A DNA stretch of 64,000 bases from an uncultured Nitrososphaerota archaeon (GCA_963842885.1 CAWJIE010000005.1:384001-448000), one strand, 5' to 3'; positions 1 to 11,090 are shown, counted from the first letter of the stretch. A program made the numbers and translations. Notes: generated by a model from the sequence alone, not told the origin.

Positions 1-2
1 AC

Positions 3-95
3 AAGAGCCCCGAGGACGCCACCACGACCGCGGAGCTTCTGGAAATGTACAATAGTCAGTTGAAGAGAATCGAGGCCGTAGAAGGGGAGAGTTAG
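3..95 (+). CDS. 3' end of an unidentified gene (partial)
   Basis: Open frame KSPEDATTTAELLEMYNSQLKRIEAVEGES* ending 4 nt before the next start. Confidence 0.55.
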   Translation, partial: KSPEDATTTAELLEMYNSQLKRIEAVEGES

Positions 96-99
96 ACAA

Positions 100-1368
100 T
101 TGGACCCTGTGAAGGCGGACAAGGACGACCTCAGTCTCGCTGTAGATTCGGAGAAGGCTGAACTGGTGAAGCTGCTGGTGGGCTTCATCCAGGCGAAGAG
201 CGAGAACCCGCCCGGTGACACCTCGGCGCCGGCATCTGTCGCCGAGGAGTACCTTTCGTCCCATGGGGTCTCCGTGAGGAAGTACTCCTCAGAGGACGGC
301 TGCGTGAACCTGGTCGCGACACTGGGGGAGGGCGCAGAGGAACTGACCTTCTGCGGCCACATCGACACGGTCCCCGCTGGCGACCCGGCAAAGTGGAGCG
401 TCCCGCCTCTCGCCGGGAGGATGGCGGGAGGGAGGATCTACGGAAGAGGGGCCACGGACATGAAGGCTGGCTGCGCCGCCCTCACCTTCGCGTTTGCGAA
501 GACCGGGCAGCATGAGAAGGCGCTCAGCGGCAAGCTGGTGCTTGCGTTGGTCGCCGACGAGGAGTCGGGGGGGAAGAAGGGCGTCCAGTATCTCATCGAG
601 AAGGGGATATTGAAGTCGAAGAACCTGGTGCTGGGCGAACCGACGAAACATGAAGGGACAGGTCACGTGGTCGTCGCCGGCGAGAAAGGCACCTTCTGGG
701 TGCGCGTCACCCTGGACGGCGTCGCCAGGCATGGCAGCCTGCCCATGCTGGGAGACAGCGCGATTCTGAAGGCCGTACCCGTGCTTGAAGGGTTCAAGAC
801 GCCGATCCTCGACAAGGTCACCACCCCGCGCAGCGCCGGCTCCCTAGTGCGGGAGGGGAAGAGGGTGCTGAAGAGAGAGTATTCTTCGGATGCTTCGAAG
901 AGGCCGTACTACGCGCTTGACCACTACACCGTCAACATCGGCCGCATCGAGGGAGGGACAAAAATCAACATCGTTCCCGACCACTGTTCGGTGGAGCTGG
1001 ACGTCAGGGTTCCCCTCGGTGGGAATAAGGAGGAGGCGGAGAAGCTCGTTCGCAGACGCATCCCCCAGGGCGCGAGGCTGGAGCTGATCAACTACGCCCA
1101 GCCAGCATTCACGCCGCCCTCGTCCCCGCTCGTCAAGAGGATCCGGGAGGCCGCGTGCTCCGTATTCCAGGAGCCGTCACCTGCCATGTGCGTCCCCGCG
1201 ACCACTGACGCCCATCACTTCAGGGCCGCCCTTGGGTCCAACGCCGTGGCCTACGGGCCGGGGCTAGAGTCGATGTGCCACGTGTTGGACGAGTGCGTGG
1301 AGATCTCGGAGGTCATCGGTGCGTCGAAGGTCTACCTGGATCTGGCGCGCAGGATGCTGCTGACCTAA
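100..1368 (+). CDS. M20 family metallopeptidase / ArgE-DapE-like deacylase
   Basis: Motifs GHIDTVP, GRGATDMKAG, DEE, GEP, and C-terminal H...E. Confidence 0.9.
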   Translation: MDPVKADKDDLSLAVDSEKAELVKLLVGFIQAKSENPPGDTSAPASVAEEYLSSHGVSVRKYSSEDGCVNLVATLGEGAEELTFCGHIDTVPAGDPAKWSVPPLAGRMAGGRIYGRGATDMKAGCAALTFAFAKTGQHEKALSGKLVLALVADEESGGKKGVQYLIEKGILKSKNLVLGEPTKHEGTGHVVVAGEKGTFWVRVTLDGVARHGSLPMLGDSAILKAVPVLEGFKTPILDKVTTPRSAGSLVREGKRVLKREYSSDASKRPYYALDHYTVNIGRIEGGTKINIVPDHCSVELDVRVPLGGNKEEAEKLVRRRIPQGARLELINYAQPAFTPPSSPLVKRIREAACSVFQEPSPAMCVPATTDAHHFRAALGSNAVAYGPGLESMCHVLDECVEISEVIGASKVYLDLARRMLLT

Positions 1369-1595
1369 GCCTTGTGAGGAAAGCCCCCATTTTAAGAGCT
1401 CTGGGCGGACAAAGGCATGGACGCCTTGAGCCACTGTCCACGACATTCTGGGGCACAAATACGCAAGAGGCCGCGCGTGTGCATTGCCGATAACGCACCG
1501 CTTTTTGGCAATCATGGCAGATTTAGCAGGATGTGCTTGCCGTTCGTCTAGAACGTTTATATCATCTGCTTGCGCAAAGAAGGTGTCGAAGTTCG

Positions 1596-2249
1596 ATGTA
1601 TACGGGAGAGGCTGAAATGCAGGCGCGCCGTAAGATACTTGCGGTGCTCCAAGACGAGGGACGCAGGGTCCTAGATGCGGGCAGGGAGCTGGCTAACATC
1701 CATGGAGCCCTGGTCCTGGGAGACGAAGAAGGGGTCTCCGCCGCATCGGACAGCCTGCATCTCTCCATAAACGACGTGGAGGCCTACAGGAGGGCCCTGA
1801 GTCGCCAGCTGGCTGAATTGGGCAGCATGATGATCAACCGTGAGGACCTTCTCAGGGCCGCGTATACTATCGAAGAGGTCGCCAACTACCTCGAAAGCAT
1901 CGCGTTCAGGCTGACTCAGCTCCGGTATCAGACGCTCAAGAAGACAGGCCTCGTGGATGACCTCAGGGTCCTGTTCGACCTGGTCATAAGCATCCTGAGT
2001 AGGTTGAACGAAACCATCCGCACTCTCCAGTTCAACCCGGTCAAGGTGAACGACCTGATCCAGCTGGTGGAGAGGAGTGAGCACGAGATGGACGAGAAGT
2101 ACAGGAGCTCCACCTCGAAGGCCATGAAGGAGATCAACGATTTCAAGGACTTGATCCTCTTAAAAGACGTCCTGGAGAGGATAGAGACCGTCTCCGACCT
2201 CGCCCTGTCCTGCGCCGACCTCGTCGTCATCATTTCGTTGGGCATATAG
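1596..2249 (+). CDS. DUF47 / PhoU-like helical phosphate-transport regulator
   Basis: Repeated helical units (REDLLR, EHEMDEKYR, ERIETVSD); TATA-like TTTATA near 1556 favours the ATG at 1596. Confidence 0.75.
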   Translation: MYTGEAEMQARRKILAVLQDEGRRVLDAGRELANIHGALVLGDEEGVSAASDSLHLSINDVEAYRRALSRQLAELGSMMINREDLLRAAYTIEEVANYLESIAFRLTQLRYQTLKKTGLVDDLRVLFDLVISILSRLNETIRTLQFNPVKVNDLIQLVERSEHEMDEKYRSSTSKAMKEINDFKDLILLKDVLERIETVSDLALSCADLVVIISLGI

Positions 2250-2291
2250 GGGAATACGTCGTGTCGCATTCTGGTTCCGCCTCGAGAGGGT

Positions 2292-2843
2292 TTGAGATTG
2301 GCTAGGCCTGCGGTCGGCGAGCTGGTGGAGAACAGGATCATTCTATGGGGGACGGAGGAGTCGAGGAGCATGTACTCTGCCGGCTACTATGGGAAGCCGC
2401 TGGGTGTCTCCAAGCCCAAAGGGGTTGACTTCGACGCTCCGCTCATATTGGATCTAATAGAAGGATATTACCTCCAAAGGAAGGACCGTCTCGTGGTCAC
2501 CGGGCCTGGAGGGAGGATGTCGCGGAAGGCCCTCAGGGCACTGTGCGAATCCGAATACAACGACTTCTCCGACAAGTACGCCGTCTACGAGCACCTGAGG
2601 GACGCCGGCCTCGTCGTGACTCCCGGGATCAAGTTCGGTTGCGACTTCGCCGTCTACAAGCACGGCCCGGGCATCGACCACGCACCATACCTTGTGCAGG
2701 TCATGAAGCCCGGTCACGGCCTCACGGCGACCCACATCGTCCTTTCCGGGAGACTGGCCACCACGGTCAGGAAGCAGTTCCTCATAGCCACGGTCAAGGG
2801 GCGGAGGATCTCCTTCCTCTCCTTTGACTGGTGGCGCGCGTAG
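2292..2843 (+). CDS. endA: tRNA-intron endonuclease, catalytic subunit
   Basis: G.KFGCDFAVY...PGIDHAPY and RLA..VRK give the Y/H/K triad; GYYGKPLGVSKPK resembles the crenarchaeal-specific loop. Confidence 0.93.
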   Translation: MRLARPAVGELVENRIILWGTEESRSMYSAGYYGKPLGVSKPKGVDFDAPLILDLIEGYYLQRKDRLVVTGPGGRMSRKALRALCESEYNDFSDKYAVYEHLRDAGLVVTPGIKFGCDFAVYKHGPGIDHAPYLVQVMKPGHGLTATHIVLSGRLATTVRKQFLIATVKGRRISFLSFDWWRA

Positions 2844-2980
2844 CCGAGTTCGGGGGCAGAGGGAGCCGACCCTCTCACGGGATGCATTCCTACTGATTTT
2901 AGGCAATCATGTCAAATGTCTTGACCCTTCGGAGATTTAATACAGGGTGCCTCAGTCACACCGCAGAATCTGGAGACAGT

Positions 2981-3727
2981 GTGGACGCCTTGTCAAGGCT
3001 TCAGGCAGCCATGAACGCGGGCGGGCTGGCCCTCCTCGTAGAGTTGCCCAGCAACAGCGCTGAGCTCGCCTCGGCCGTCGAGCAGGGAGGCGCCGACAGC
3101 CTACTCCTCCAGCTGTTCAACGAGCACCCGGTTACGTCCGCGTACACCGGAGGCCCCGACCTGGAGGCACAGCAGATCAAGGACCTCCTTTCGACCTTGA
3201 AGCTCCCGGTGGGCATCCACCTTGGGTACCAGAAGGTGGTTACCAAGGAGGAATGGGAGCAGGTGGTAACGCTAGGTTTCGATTACGCGGCAATAGGGGT
3301 GTCCAAGCTCCCACCATTCGTCCTCCGCGACAGCCGTCTCCCGCTCCTTCCCTACGTCCAGCCGGGGATGCCCTTCGAGTACTACCGCGTGCTCTCGGGA
3401 TACGACAACATTTTAGCATTCTCCTTCGAGACATCTTCGCAGATTCAGTCCGAAGGCGCGAACAAGTTCTGCGTTTTGGACTTGGTGACACTTTCCCTCG
3501 TCACGAAGCTCTCCGACAGTAAACCTGTGATCTTCCGCGTCTCCCAGGACGTGGCGGGAGACGACGTCCAGAGCCTCGTCGAGAATGGATGCAGGGGCCT
3601 GCTTCTCGACCCGGCCTTCACTGCGTCCAACGCGGAGTTCTTCAAGACCTACACGGCGCAGTTCAGGGAGGCCATCGACGCGCTGAAGAAAAAGACGGTA
3701 TTTAGGGCGCATTTCCCATGGGGGTAG
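2981..3727 (+). CDS. Hypothetical probable TIM-barrel protein
   Basis: Alternating beta/alpha pattern (LLVELP, GGADSLLL, LPVGIHLG, GCRGLLL); GTG at 2981 chosen over 2909. Confidence 0.6.
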   Translation: MDALSRLQAAMNAGGLALLVELPSNSAELASAVEQGGADSLLLQLFNEHPVTSAYTGGPDLEAQQIKDLLSTLKLPVGIHLGYQKVVTKEEWEQVVTLGFDYAAIGVSKLPPFVLRDSRLPLLPYVQPGMPFEYYRVLSGYDNILAFSFETSSQIQSEGANKFCVLDLVTLSLVTKLSDSKPVIFRVSQDVAGDDVQSLVENGCRGLLLDPAFTASNAEFFKTYTAQFREAIDALKKKTVFRAHFPWG

Positions 3728-3742
3728 GGTGGGAGGATACAA

Positions 3743-4447
3743 TTGCAGGCTGTGATCTTGGCGGGCGGACTGGGGACCCGCCTTAGGCCGTACACGTTCT
3801 TCGCGCCGAAGCCCATGCTTCCCTTGGGCGACAAGCCTCTGATGGAGCATCTAATAATCCAGCTTTCCAAAACTGGGATAGAAGACATCATCGTCACTGT
3901 CAGCTACCTGCGGAAGACCATCGAGGACTACTTCGGGGAGGGCGATGAGATGGGTGTTCACATCAAGTATGTCCGGACATCCAAGCCGATGGGCACCGCC
4001 GGCCAGCTGAAGACGGTGGAGCCCCTAGTGAAGGGCAGCTTCGTCGTCCTCTACGGTGACTCTTTGGTGGAGGCCGATATAGGGAAGATGATCGAGTTTC
4101 ACAGGAAGAAGAAGGCTCTGGCCACGCTCATGCTCATGCCATTCCGGGAGAACATGAGGTATGGTTTCATCGAAAGCGACGAACATGACAGGGTGACCAA
4201 CTGGCGCGAGAAGCCTGTCGTCGAGGGTTGGATAAACGTAGGCTGCTACGTCATGGAGCCCTCCTTCCTGAAGTACATCCCTGAGGACGTGATGTACGGC
4301 ATGAACGACGCCTTCAACGCCGCCTTGAAGAAGGGAGAGCCCATCTTCGCCTACAAGGCTGAGGGCGACTTTATCGACATCGGGGACAAGAAGAGCTACC
4401 TCAGTGCCAACGCCAAGTTCGTAGAAAGGCTGGGCCGCATCCTCTGA
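3743..4447 (+). CDS. NDP-sugar pyrophosphorylase (nucleotidyltransferase)
   Basis: ILAGGLGTRLRPYT...PKPM, GTAG, EKP, DIG motifs. Confidence 0.92.
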   Translation: MQAVILAGGLGTRLRPYTFFAPKPMLPLGDKPLMEHLIIQLSKTGIEDIIVTVSYLRKTIEDYFGEGDEMGVHIKYVRTSKPMGTAGQLKTVEPLVKGSFVVLYGDSLVEADIGKMIEFHRKKKALATLMLMPFRENMRYGFIESDEHDRVTNWREKPVVEGWINVGCYVMEPSFLKYIPEDVMYGMNDAFNAALKKGEPIFAYKAEGDFIDIGDKKSYLSANAKFVERLGRIL

Positions 4448-4451
4448 GTCC

Positions 4452-5642
4452 GTGGTGAAAGGGTTCGTGGACCTAGCTCTCTTTGAAGAGGATGGGAAGA
4501 ACCCCCTCCGACCGCTAGCCTTGGCGAAGCCCACCTTCAAGCTCATCTACTCCTATCGGCCGCTGGGCGCGCGAATAAGGAGGGAGCTCGGTCGAGTGGC
4601 GGCTTACTATGTGCCCGAGCGGTTCGGGATGCTGCTCAAGGAGACGGAGTCGCAGGCGGCGGTGAATCCTTCGAGCTATGAGGGCGAAGTCTTGCTCGTC
4701 AACAGCAGGCTCCGCCCTGAGGAGGGCGTCGTATCGGTCGTCAAGGGCCTGAAGGCCGGGGAGTTCGTGATTTCGGACGGGGCAGTGGCGGCCGCCAGGA
4801 CTAGCAAGGTCCCTGAAGACCTTCAGAGGCTGGCTGACGGCGGACTGGCGCAGAGGCTCAAGGCCGACGGAGGGGAGGAGCTGACGAAGGACGGGCTCCT
4901 TCTGAACGGTCCCTGGGACCTCATCACCAGCCTATCCGGCGGGCTCACGGGGACGGGCGTCGTCTACGGAAGCCATGTCGCCGTCGAGGAGCCGGTGTAC
5001 TTCGACACGTCGAGGGGTCCGGTGCTCATCGCCGACGACGTCAAGATCGAAGCCTTCACCAGGATAGTGGGCCCCGCTCTGATAGGGAAGGGCTCTGTGT
5101 TGCATTCCGCGCGCCTCAATGGGAACTGCTACATCGGCGATGGCTGCAGGATTGGCGGGGAAGTCGAGGAGAGCATCGTCGAGGGTCATTCCAACAAGTC
5201 TCATGCAGGATACCTGGGGCATTCATACCTCGGGGAATGGGCTAACATCGGCGCCGGTGCTGTCACCAGCGACCTCAAGAACACATACGGCTCGATTCGC
5301 ATGGAGACGCGACAAGGGAGAGTGGACACCGGCTTGGTGAAGCTCGGCTCCTTCATGGCCGACTTGACCAAGGTCTCAATAAACGCGACTATATACGCCG
5401 GTAAGTGCGTCGGCATGGCTTCGCATGTGCACGGCCTCGTAGACAGGGACGTCGCGCCCTTCACGATATACGGCCGGTCGCTGGGCTGGGACGACAGGAA
5501 GCTTCTCCTCGATTCCGCGCTCGAGTCCCTCAGGAGGATGAAGGCCAGGCGGAACCTTCGAGTGTCCAAGGGCGAAGAACAGCTCATCCGTCTGGCGTAC
5601 GACGATGCCAAGAACGAGGGCGACCATCAGGTTTCCGGGTGA
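4452..5642 (+). CDS. GlmU-like putative sugar nucleotidyl/acyltransferase with left-handed beta-helix
   Basis: Degenerate N-terminal NTase (LRPL), hexapeptide repeats, NKSHAGYLGHSYLGEWANIGAG..TSDLKNTY. Confidence 0.85.
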   Translation: MVKGFVDLALFEEDGKNPLRPLALAKPTFKLIYSYRPLGARIRRELGRVAAYYVPERFGMLLKETESQAAVNPSSYEGEVLLVNSRLRPEEGVVSVVKGLKAGEFVISDGAVAAARTSKVPEDLQRLADGGLAQRLKADGGEELTKDGLLLNGPWDLITSLSGGLTGTGVVYGSHVAVEEPVYFDTSRGPVLIADDVKIEAFTRIVGPALIGKGSVLHSARLNGNCYIGDGCRIGGEVEESIVEGHSNKSHAGYLGHSYLGEWANIGAGAVTSDLKNTYGSIRMETRQGRVDTGLVKLGSFMADLTKVSINATIYAGKCVGMASHVHGLVDRDVAPFTIYGRSLGWDDRKLLLDSALESLRRMKARRNLRVSKGEEQLIRLAYDDAKNEGDHQVSG

Positions 5643-5651
5643 GACGCTTCG

Positions 5652-6278
5652 ATAATCGTCCACCTTACGGACATCCATCGGTCAGAGAGGATCCTCGGCC
5701 GCCTGGACATGTTCGGCAGGGGCGCCGACCTAGTGGTCATTTCGGGGGACGTCACGACCTCTGGCGAGGAGGGATTCCTGAGGAGGTTCCTGTCGCGCCT
5801 GAGCGAGCTCCCCATCCCGACCTTCATCGTCCCCGGCAACAACGAGGGACCGGAGCTGTCGTCAACGGGGCAGGTCCAGAACATAGACGACAGGGTGATG
5901 GTTTTCGGCGGCATTCGATTCGGGGGACTGGGCGGCTCTCCTCCCACTCCTTTTGACACAATTAACGAATACCCAGATTCGCAGCTCTGGGAAAGGCTGG
6001 AGAAGCTGGGGAGCGTGGACGTCCTCGTGTCGCATTCCCCTCCGTTCGGAACTTCGCTGGACACTTCGGGCTACGGAGGGCATCTGGGAAGCCATGCCGT
6101 GCTGCGCTACGTCAAGACGATGAACCCCAGGCTTCTGCTCTGCGGCCACGTGCACACCGCGAAGGCCGTCGAGGTCGTCGGCTCCTGCACGTGCTGCAAC
6201 CCTGGCTCCGCTTCGATGGGAGGGTTCGCAATAGTGAAGGTCGACGGAGACGTCAAGGTCGAGCTACGAACTCTTTAA
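5652..6278 (+). CDS. Calcineurin-like metallophosphoesterase
   Basis: DIH motif (IIVHLTDIH) lies in frame upstream of the ATG at 5709; GD, PGNNE, HSPP, GHVH motifs; start uncertain (ATA at 5652 or an indel). Confidence 0.85.
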   Translation: MIVHLTDIHRSERILGRLDMFGRGADLVVISGDVTTSGEEGFLRRFLSRLSELPIPTFIVPGNNEGPELSSTGQVQNIDDRVMVFGGIRFGGLGGSPPTPFDTINEYPDSQLWERLEKLGSVDVLVSHSPPFGTSLDTSGYGGHLGSHAVLRYVKTMNPRLLLCGHVHTAKAVEVVGSCTCCNPGSASMGGFAIVKVDGDVKVELRTL

Positions 6279-6321
6279 TAGAGGCTCGGCGAGCAGCAAG
6301 AATCGAAATCCTCGAGATGGG

Positions 6322-7400
6322 TTGAAATTGGCTACTGACTCATCCTTCATAGACGTCTCGTTCGACAGGAAAGGGCTCCTGCGGGATTATCGGACATGGC
6401 CGGAAACAGGCCTGAAAACGCTTGAAAACCTTCCGCAGGTCCACGTCGATCCTCATGCGGAGAGAGTCTTTGTCGCCGGGATGGGAGCCTCGTCGGCGGC
6501 CGGCGAATTCTTCAGGGACGCGTTGGCACAGTCGTATCTCCGGGTGAACGTGCTGCGCAACCACATCGTGCCTTCGGACCTGGGGAAGGACGACCTGATC
6601 ATTGGGATGAGCCTTTCCGGTGGCACCGAAGAGACAGGCTACGTCTTCGATCAGGCGCTCAGAAGGGGTGCCAGCGGCATCGCCATAGCGTCGGGCGGCC
6701 TCCTCAAGACGATAGCGGACAGGCGCGGAGCTCAGTTCCTCAAGATCGAAGGCGGAGCCACGGCCCGCTCCTCCTTCCCGGTGTTCGTGTCGACGCTGGC
6801 TGGAGCTTTGGACGGATGGAAGCCCGACATGGGCCTCAGGGGCCGACTAAGTGATGCATTTGTAGGGCTGAGCAAGATTTCGGCAGCCTATTCGGACCCC
6901 GACCCCGAAAGGAGCGCCCCCGCGAAGACCGCCATCTGGTTGCAGGAGGCTACACACACGACGGCCTACTACTCTCCGTTCAACCTGTCCGTCGGCACCC
7001 GATTCAAGAACGTCCTCAGCGAGAACGCCAAGATGGACTGCACCATCACCGACGTCATGGACGTCATGCACGACGGCATCACCTGCTGGGAGCATGACTT
7101 CGGGTCACGTCTCCTTCTCCTTCATAGCTGGAGGGACGACGAGGTCGTGAACCATCAGGTTCTCTCTCATCGGAGAGCAGGTGCGCTCCCTCGGGTTCCA
7201 GACGGCCGACGTGGCATCAGGGAACGCCGGAGGGGGTGCAGGACCTCCTTCACTCCTTCTACTACCTCGACCTGGTCTCGGTGTTCGCGGCCTTGCTCCG
7301 GCGGCTGGACCCCGGCGTGACTCAGAGCCAGGAAGTCCTCAAGCAGAAGCTGGGGAAGGTCTCCACTCTCAGGAAGTACCTGAACGCGGAATACGGCTAA
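6322..7400 (+). CDS. Bifunctional phosphoglucose/phosphomannose isomerase (SIS family), frameshifted near 7155-7235
   Basis: GMGAS, SLSGGTEET, ASGG, ENAK; C-terminus YYLDLVSV..RRLDP..LK..NAEYG* is in another frame. Confidence 0.8.
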
Positions 7401-7449
7401 GGTTATTACACCCAGCGTCCTCCGGGTTGCTTGGGCCTGCGTGACTGTT

Positions 7450-8815
7450 ATGGCTGGGAACATTACGATAGTCAGGGACGGTCTGGTCGTTACCATGGAC
7501 GACCAGCGCAACGTCATCGAGAACGGGGCGGTGGTCGTGGAGGGGAACAGGATCTTGGACGTCGACAAGACGCCGATTGTCCTGAAGAACCACCGAGCGG
7601 ACACGACGATCTCCGCGAAGGGCGGGATCGTCATCCCCGGTCTCATCTGCGCCCACACGCACCTCTACGGCATTCTTCTCAGGGGAGCCTCCATCGGCCT
7701 CCCGCCCTCCACCGACTTCACTCAGAACCTGCAACGCGTCTGGTGGCCCATGGACCAGGCCATGGAGCTGCGCGACGCCTACGCCAGCGCCCTGATGTCG
7801 TCCGTGGAGTTCCTGCGCACGGGCACCACGACCTTCGCCGACACCTTCTCAGGCCCCTAACGCCGTAGAAGGGGTGCTGGACTCGGTCGAAAGGGGCGTC
7901 GACGAGGTGGGTATTCGCGGTCTGCTCTCCTTCGAAGCCACGGAGAGGAGGAGCCGCGAAGAGGGAGAGAGGGGGGTGGAGGAGAACGTCCGCTTCATCA
8001 AGAAGCCCAAGGCAGGGAGGTGCTCCGGCATGATGAGCCTCCACGCATCTTTCACGGTGAGCGACTCGCTCATCGAGAAGGCGGCAGACACGGCCCGAGA
8101 GCTCAGGGCGCCGCTGACGATGCACGCCTCCGAAGGCAGAGGCGACCTCTACCACAACATGGAGCACTATGGCATGCGGACCGTGGAGAGGCTCAGCCGG
8201 CTTGGGTTCCTCGGCCCGGACGTGGTCCTGGCGCACGCCGTCCACGTCAACGGAGACGAGCTCAAGCTCATCAAGGACTCAGGGACAAACGTCGCCCACA
8301 ACCCCATGAGCAACATGCTCAACGCCGTGGGTACGGCCCCGGTGGACATGATGCAGGGGCTGGGCATCAACGTGGCCCTCGGCAACGACGGCTACATCTT
8401 CGACGCGTTCGAGAACCTCAGAGCCGCCTTCCTGATACACAAGCTGCACAGGGAGGACCCAAGGGTGCTCAGCCCGATGGAGGTCGTTGAATTGGCCACC
8501 GTCAATGCGGCCAGGGCCTATCGCCTGGACGACCTCGGGTCGCTGCAGGCCGGGAAGAAGGCGGACATGGTGATCCTGAAGCCCCTCCTGCCTACGCCGC
8601 TTACACCATCGACGGTCTATGGACACCTGGTGAACTCAGTGGGAGGGAGCGATGTGGACACCGTCTTGGTGGACGGGGAGGTCCTCCTCAAAGGCGGAAA
8701 GCCCACAAGGGTGGATCGCGAGAAGGCCGCCAGGGTTTCGCAGGAAGCCGCCGCTAGCCTTTGGGCCAGGCTGAGCGACGTCACCAGCCAGGTGGACGTA
8801 TTCAAGGCCTCCTAG
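7450..8815 (+). CDS. Amidohydrolase (MtaD/SsnA-like deaminase), frameshift near 7858
   Basis: PGLICAHTH, HASE, LAHAVH, GND, G.KAD motifs split across two ORFs. Confidence 0.85.
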
Positions 8816-8872
8816 TGCCCCATAGTTTTAATTCATCGGGAATGTATACTCATATGAGGAGCGCCAGAAGTC

Positions 8873-9742
8873 ATGCCTGGCACGGTCGAAACGTCGGCGG
8901 AGGTCTTGGCTCCGCTTTTCACGCCGAGGAAGTCCACATCTAGGAAGGGGGAGAACGGCCGGGTCCTAGTCGTCGGAGGGAGCTGGCTCTACCACGGCGC
9001 CCCTGTCCATGCCGCAGAGGGGGCCACGCGCGCTGGTGTCGACCTGGTGTATCTGGCGGTCCCCCGCGTGATAGCGGATCCCGTGAGGGCGTACTCCGCT
9101 GACTTCATAGTGTTCCCGCTGGCCGACCAGAAGCTCACCACTGGGGCGGTAAGGCGCCTCCTAAAGTGGATTCCCGAGATCGATTCAGCCGTCATTGGCC
9201 CCGGCCTAGGTTGGCAACCCTCCGACGGCGTCAAGCTCCTCTGCAGCGAGCTGATGTCCAGGAAGGTCAAGCTCACCCTGGACGCCGACGCGCTGCGCAA
9301 GGACGTGGTGTCCGTATGCAGAGGAGGGGAGGTGGTGCTCACTCCCCATTCGGGCGAGTTCTTCAGGCTGACGGGCGAGCAACTTCCGACCGTCCTCGGG
9401 GATAGGATTGTAATGGTCAGGAAGGCGGCCGCCGAGATGGGCGTAGTCATCCTTTCCAAGGGTGTCTTGGACGTGGCGAGCGACGGGACTACGACCTACG
9501 TAAACAGGACGGGCTGCTCGGCCATGACAGTCGGGGGCACGGGCGACGTTTTGGCGGGGCTCGTCGCCGGCCTAATGGCCTTGAAGATGCAGCCTCTAGC
9601 CTCCGCCGCGGCTGCCTCTTTCGTAAACGGGAGGGCCGGTGAGGCGGCCAAGAGGCTCATGGGGAACCACATAACGGCCACCGATGTCGCCCGTCTCCTG
9701 CCCGCCACGCTTAAGGACTTCGACCTAGAGGACAATCAGTAG
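8873..9742 (+). CDS. nnrD: ADP/ATP-dependent NAD(P)H-hydrate dehydratase
   Basis: KGENGRVLVVGGS..Y.GA, IGPGLG, DADAL, LTPHSGEF, GGTGDVLAG. Confidence 0.9.
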   Translation: MPGTVETSAEVLAPLFTPRKSTSRKGENGRVLVVGGSWLYHGAPVHAAEGATRAGVDLVYLAVPRVIADPVRAYSADFIVFPLADQKLTTGAVRRLLKWIPEIDSAVIGPGLGWQPSDGVKLLCSELMSRKVKLTLDADALRKDVVSVCRGGEVVLTPHSGEFFRLTGEQLPTVLGDRIVMVRKAAAEMGVVILSKGVLDVASDGTTTYVNRTGCSAMTVGGTGDVLAGLVAGLMALKMQPLASAAAASFVNGRAGEAAKRLMGNHITATDVARLLPATLKDFDLEDNQ

Positions 9743-9749
9743 CTCGCCC

Positions 9750-10492
9750 ATGTCGTCAGGCCTAGGTGAGGACTGGGACAGGATACTCGACGACCTCAGG
9801 GTGCTCGTCCCCCTATACGAAAGGGGGAACAAGATCTCTCTCTAGGGCAGTCTGGGAGGCTCAGGCGCACGGCCCTCGCCCTGGGTCTGCCCAGGGCAGG
9901 CGTCGTCGTCGACGTCGGGAGCGGCCCGGGGAGCATGAGCATCGAGGCCAGGAGGCTGAACCCTTCTCTTGAGACCGTGCTGGTGGACCCCCTCCCTGAG
10001 ATGCTGGCATTCGCTTCGTCGCAGGAGGAGCTGAGAGATGCCGGAATGGTCCGCGGGGTCTACGAGTTCCTCCCTTTCCGCGGCCGGTCCTTCGCCGGAT
10101 ACCTTGCGGGCTTCACCCTCCGTGACGCCCGGGACAGGGCGGAGGCCGTCCGTGAAGCGAGCAGGGTGCTGGCGCCGGGAGGCTCCGTCGTCGCCCTCGA
10201 CCTGGGGAGGCCCGATTCAAGAGTCAAGCGGTTGTTTGTGGCCGCGTACTGGAGGTTGGTGGCGCCCCTCTTGCTCTTTGCCTTCTTGCGTGGGAAGGGC
10301 AAGCCCTTCCGAGACATATACATCACTCTGAAGAGGCTCCCGAGCAATTCCGATATCATCTCCCTTTTCTCCGGGCTCTTCGCCGAGGTCAGGCCCATAA
10401 GGCTGATGCTGGACGGCGTTCTCGTGATCGTGGCAAAGGGCCCACTTCAGGCTGACACGGTGGGAAGGGACTCTGCCACCGGCTTGAAGTAG
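9750..10492 (+). CDS. Class I SAM methyltransferase (UbiE/MenG-like), frameshifted near 9840
   Basis: VVDVGSGPG, LPF, FTLRD, RVLAPGG; N-terminus MSSGLGEDWDRI lies upstream of the ORF-track start. Confidence 0.75.
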
Positions 10493-10893
10493 TCGCGGAC
10501 CTGTCCTCCCGTCAGGTAGTACAGGATCAGGAGCTCGATCGCCAGGCTGACTATCCCGGCGGGGAGGATGAAGACGCTTGCGAGCGCGCCAAGAAGGGAG
10601 AGGATGATGGACATCCAACGGGCCCAGCTCTTCCCATTCCACAGGCCGTATGCGCTGAGCAGCGCCAGCAGCCCTATCACTATGAAGAAGGCGGAGACCA
10701 GCTGCACCGCCAGGGCCAAGAAGTCGGTGCCTATGCTGGCGCAAGAAGAATCGATATTGATGAGCATCTGGATGTAGGCCTGCATGCCCGACAGCAGGGA
10801 AAACCCGAGGAGCAATGAGACGGTCGCGCCCAGCGCGTCGGGTATCGCCAGCGCCGTGATGCCCAGCGGACGCGGCTTCTGGCCATAGGCCAA
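10447..10893 (-). CDS. Hypothetical 4-TM membrane protein
   Basis: RPLGIT...YGLWNGKSWAR...YYL..VRDYF pattern with hydrophobic helices. Confidence 0.75.
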   Translation of the reverse strand: MAYGQKPRPLGITALAIPDALGATVSLLLGFSLLSGMQAYIQMLINIDSSCASIGTDFLALAVQLVSAFFIVIGLLALLSAYGLWNGKSWARWMSIILSLLGALASVFILPAGIVSLAIELLILYYLTGGQVRDYFKPVAESLPTVSA

Positions 10894-11090
10894 CAGCGGG
10901 CCCCTCCCGATGGCTCGTAATGGTCCGGGCCCGCCTTATCCCCGCGCAGCTCATGGGAGTTCGAGGCCATTCCGTCGAGCATTCTCTTCCTGCCTTCCTA
11001 GACAGAAGCTGATAACGCTTGCCACGCACGCAGGAAGACCTCGCCGGCAAAGGTTATATCGAGCTATCTTCAGCCTTCCTCCGACAGGCT

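Noticed and set aside
1375-1395. GAGGAAAGCCCCC resembling the RNase P RNA 5' P4 motif
   Set aside because: No matching 3' P4 motif or P1 helix, and the spacer is short
1417-1551. 44-aa ORF downstream of a TTTAAG box
   Set aside because: No recognisable motif or coding bias; cannot be supported
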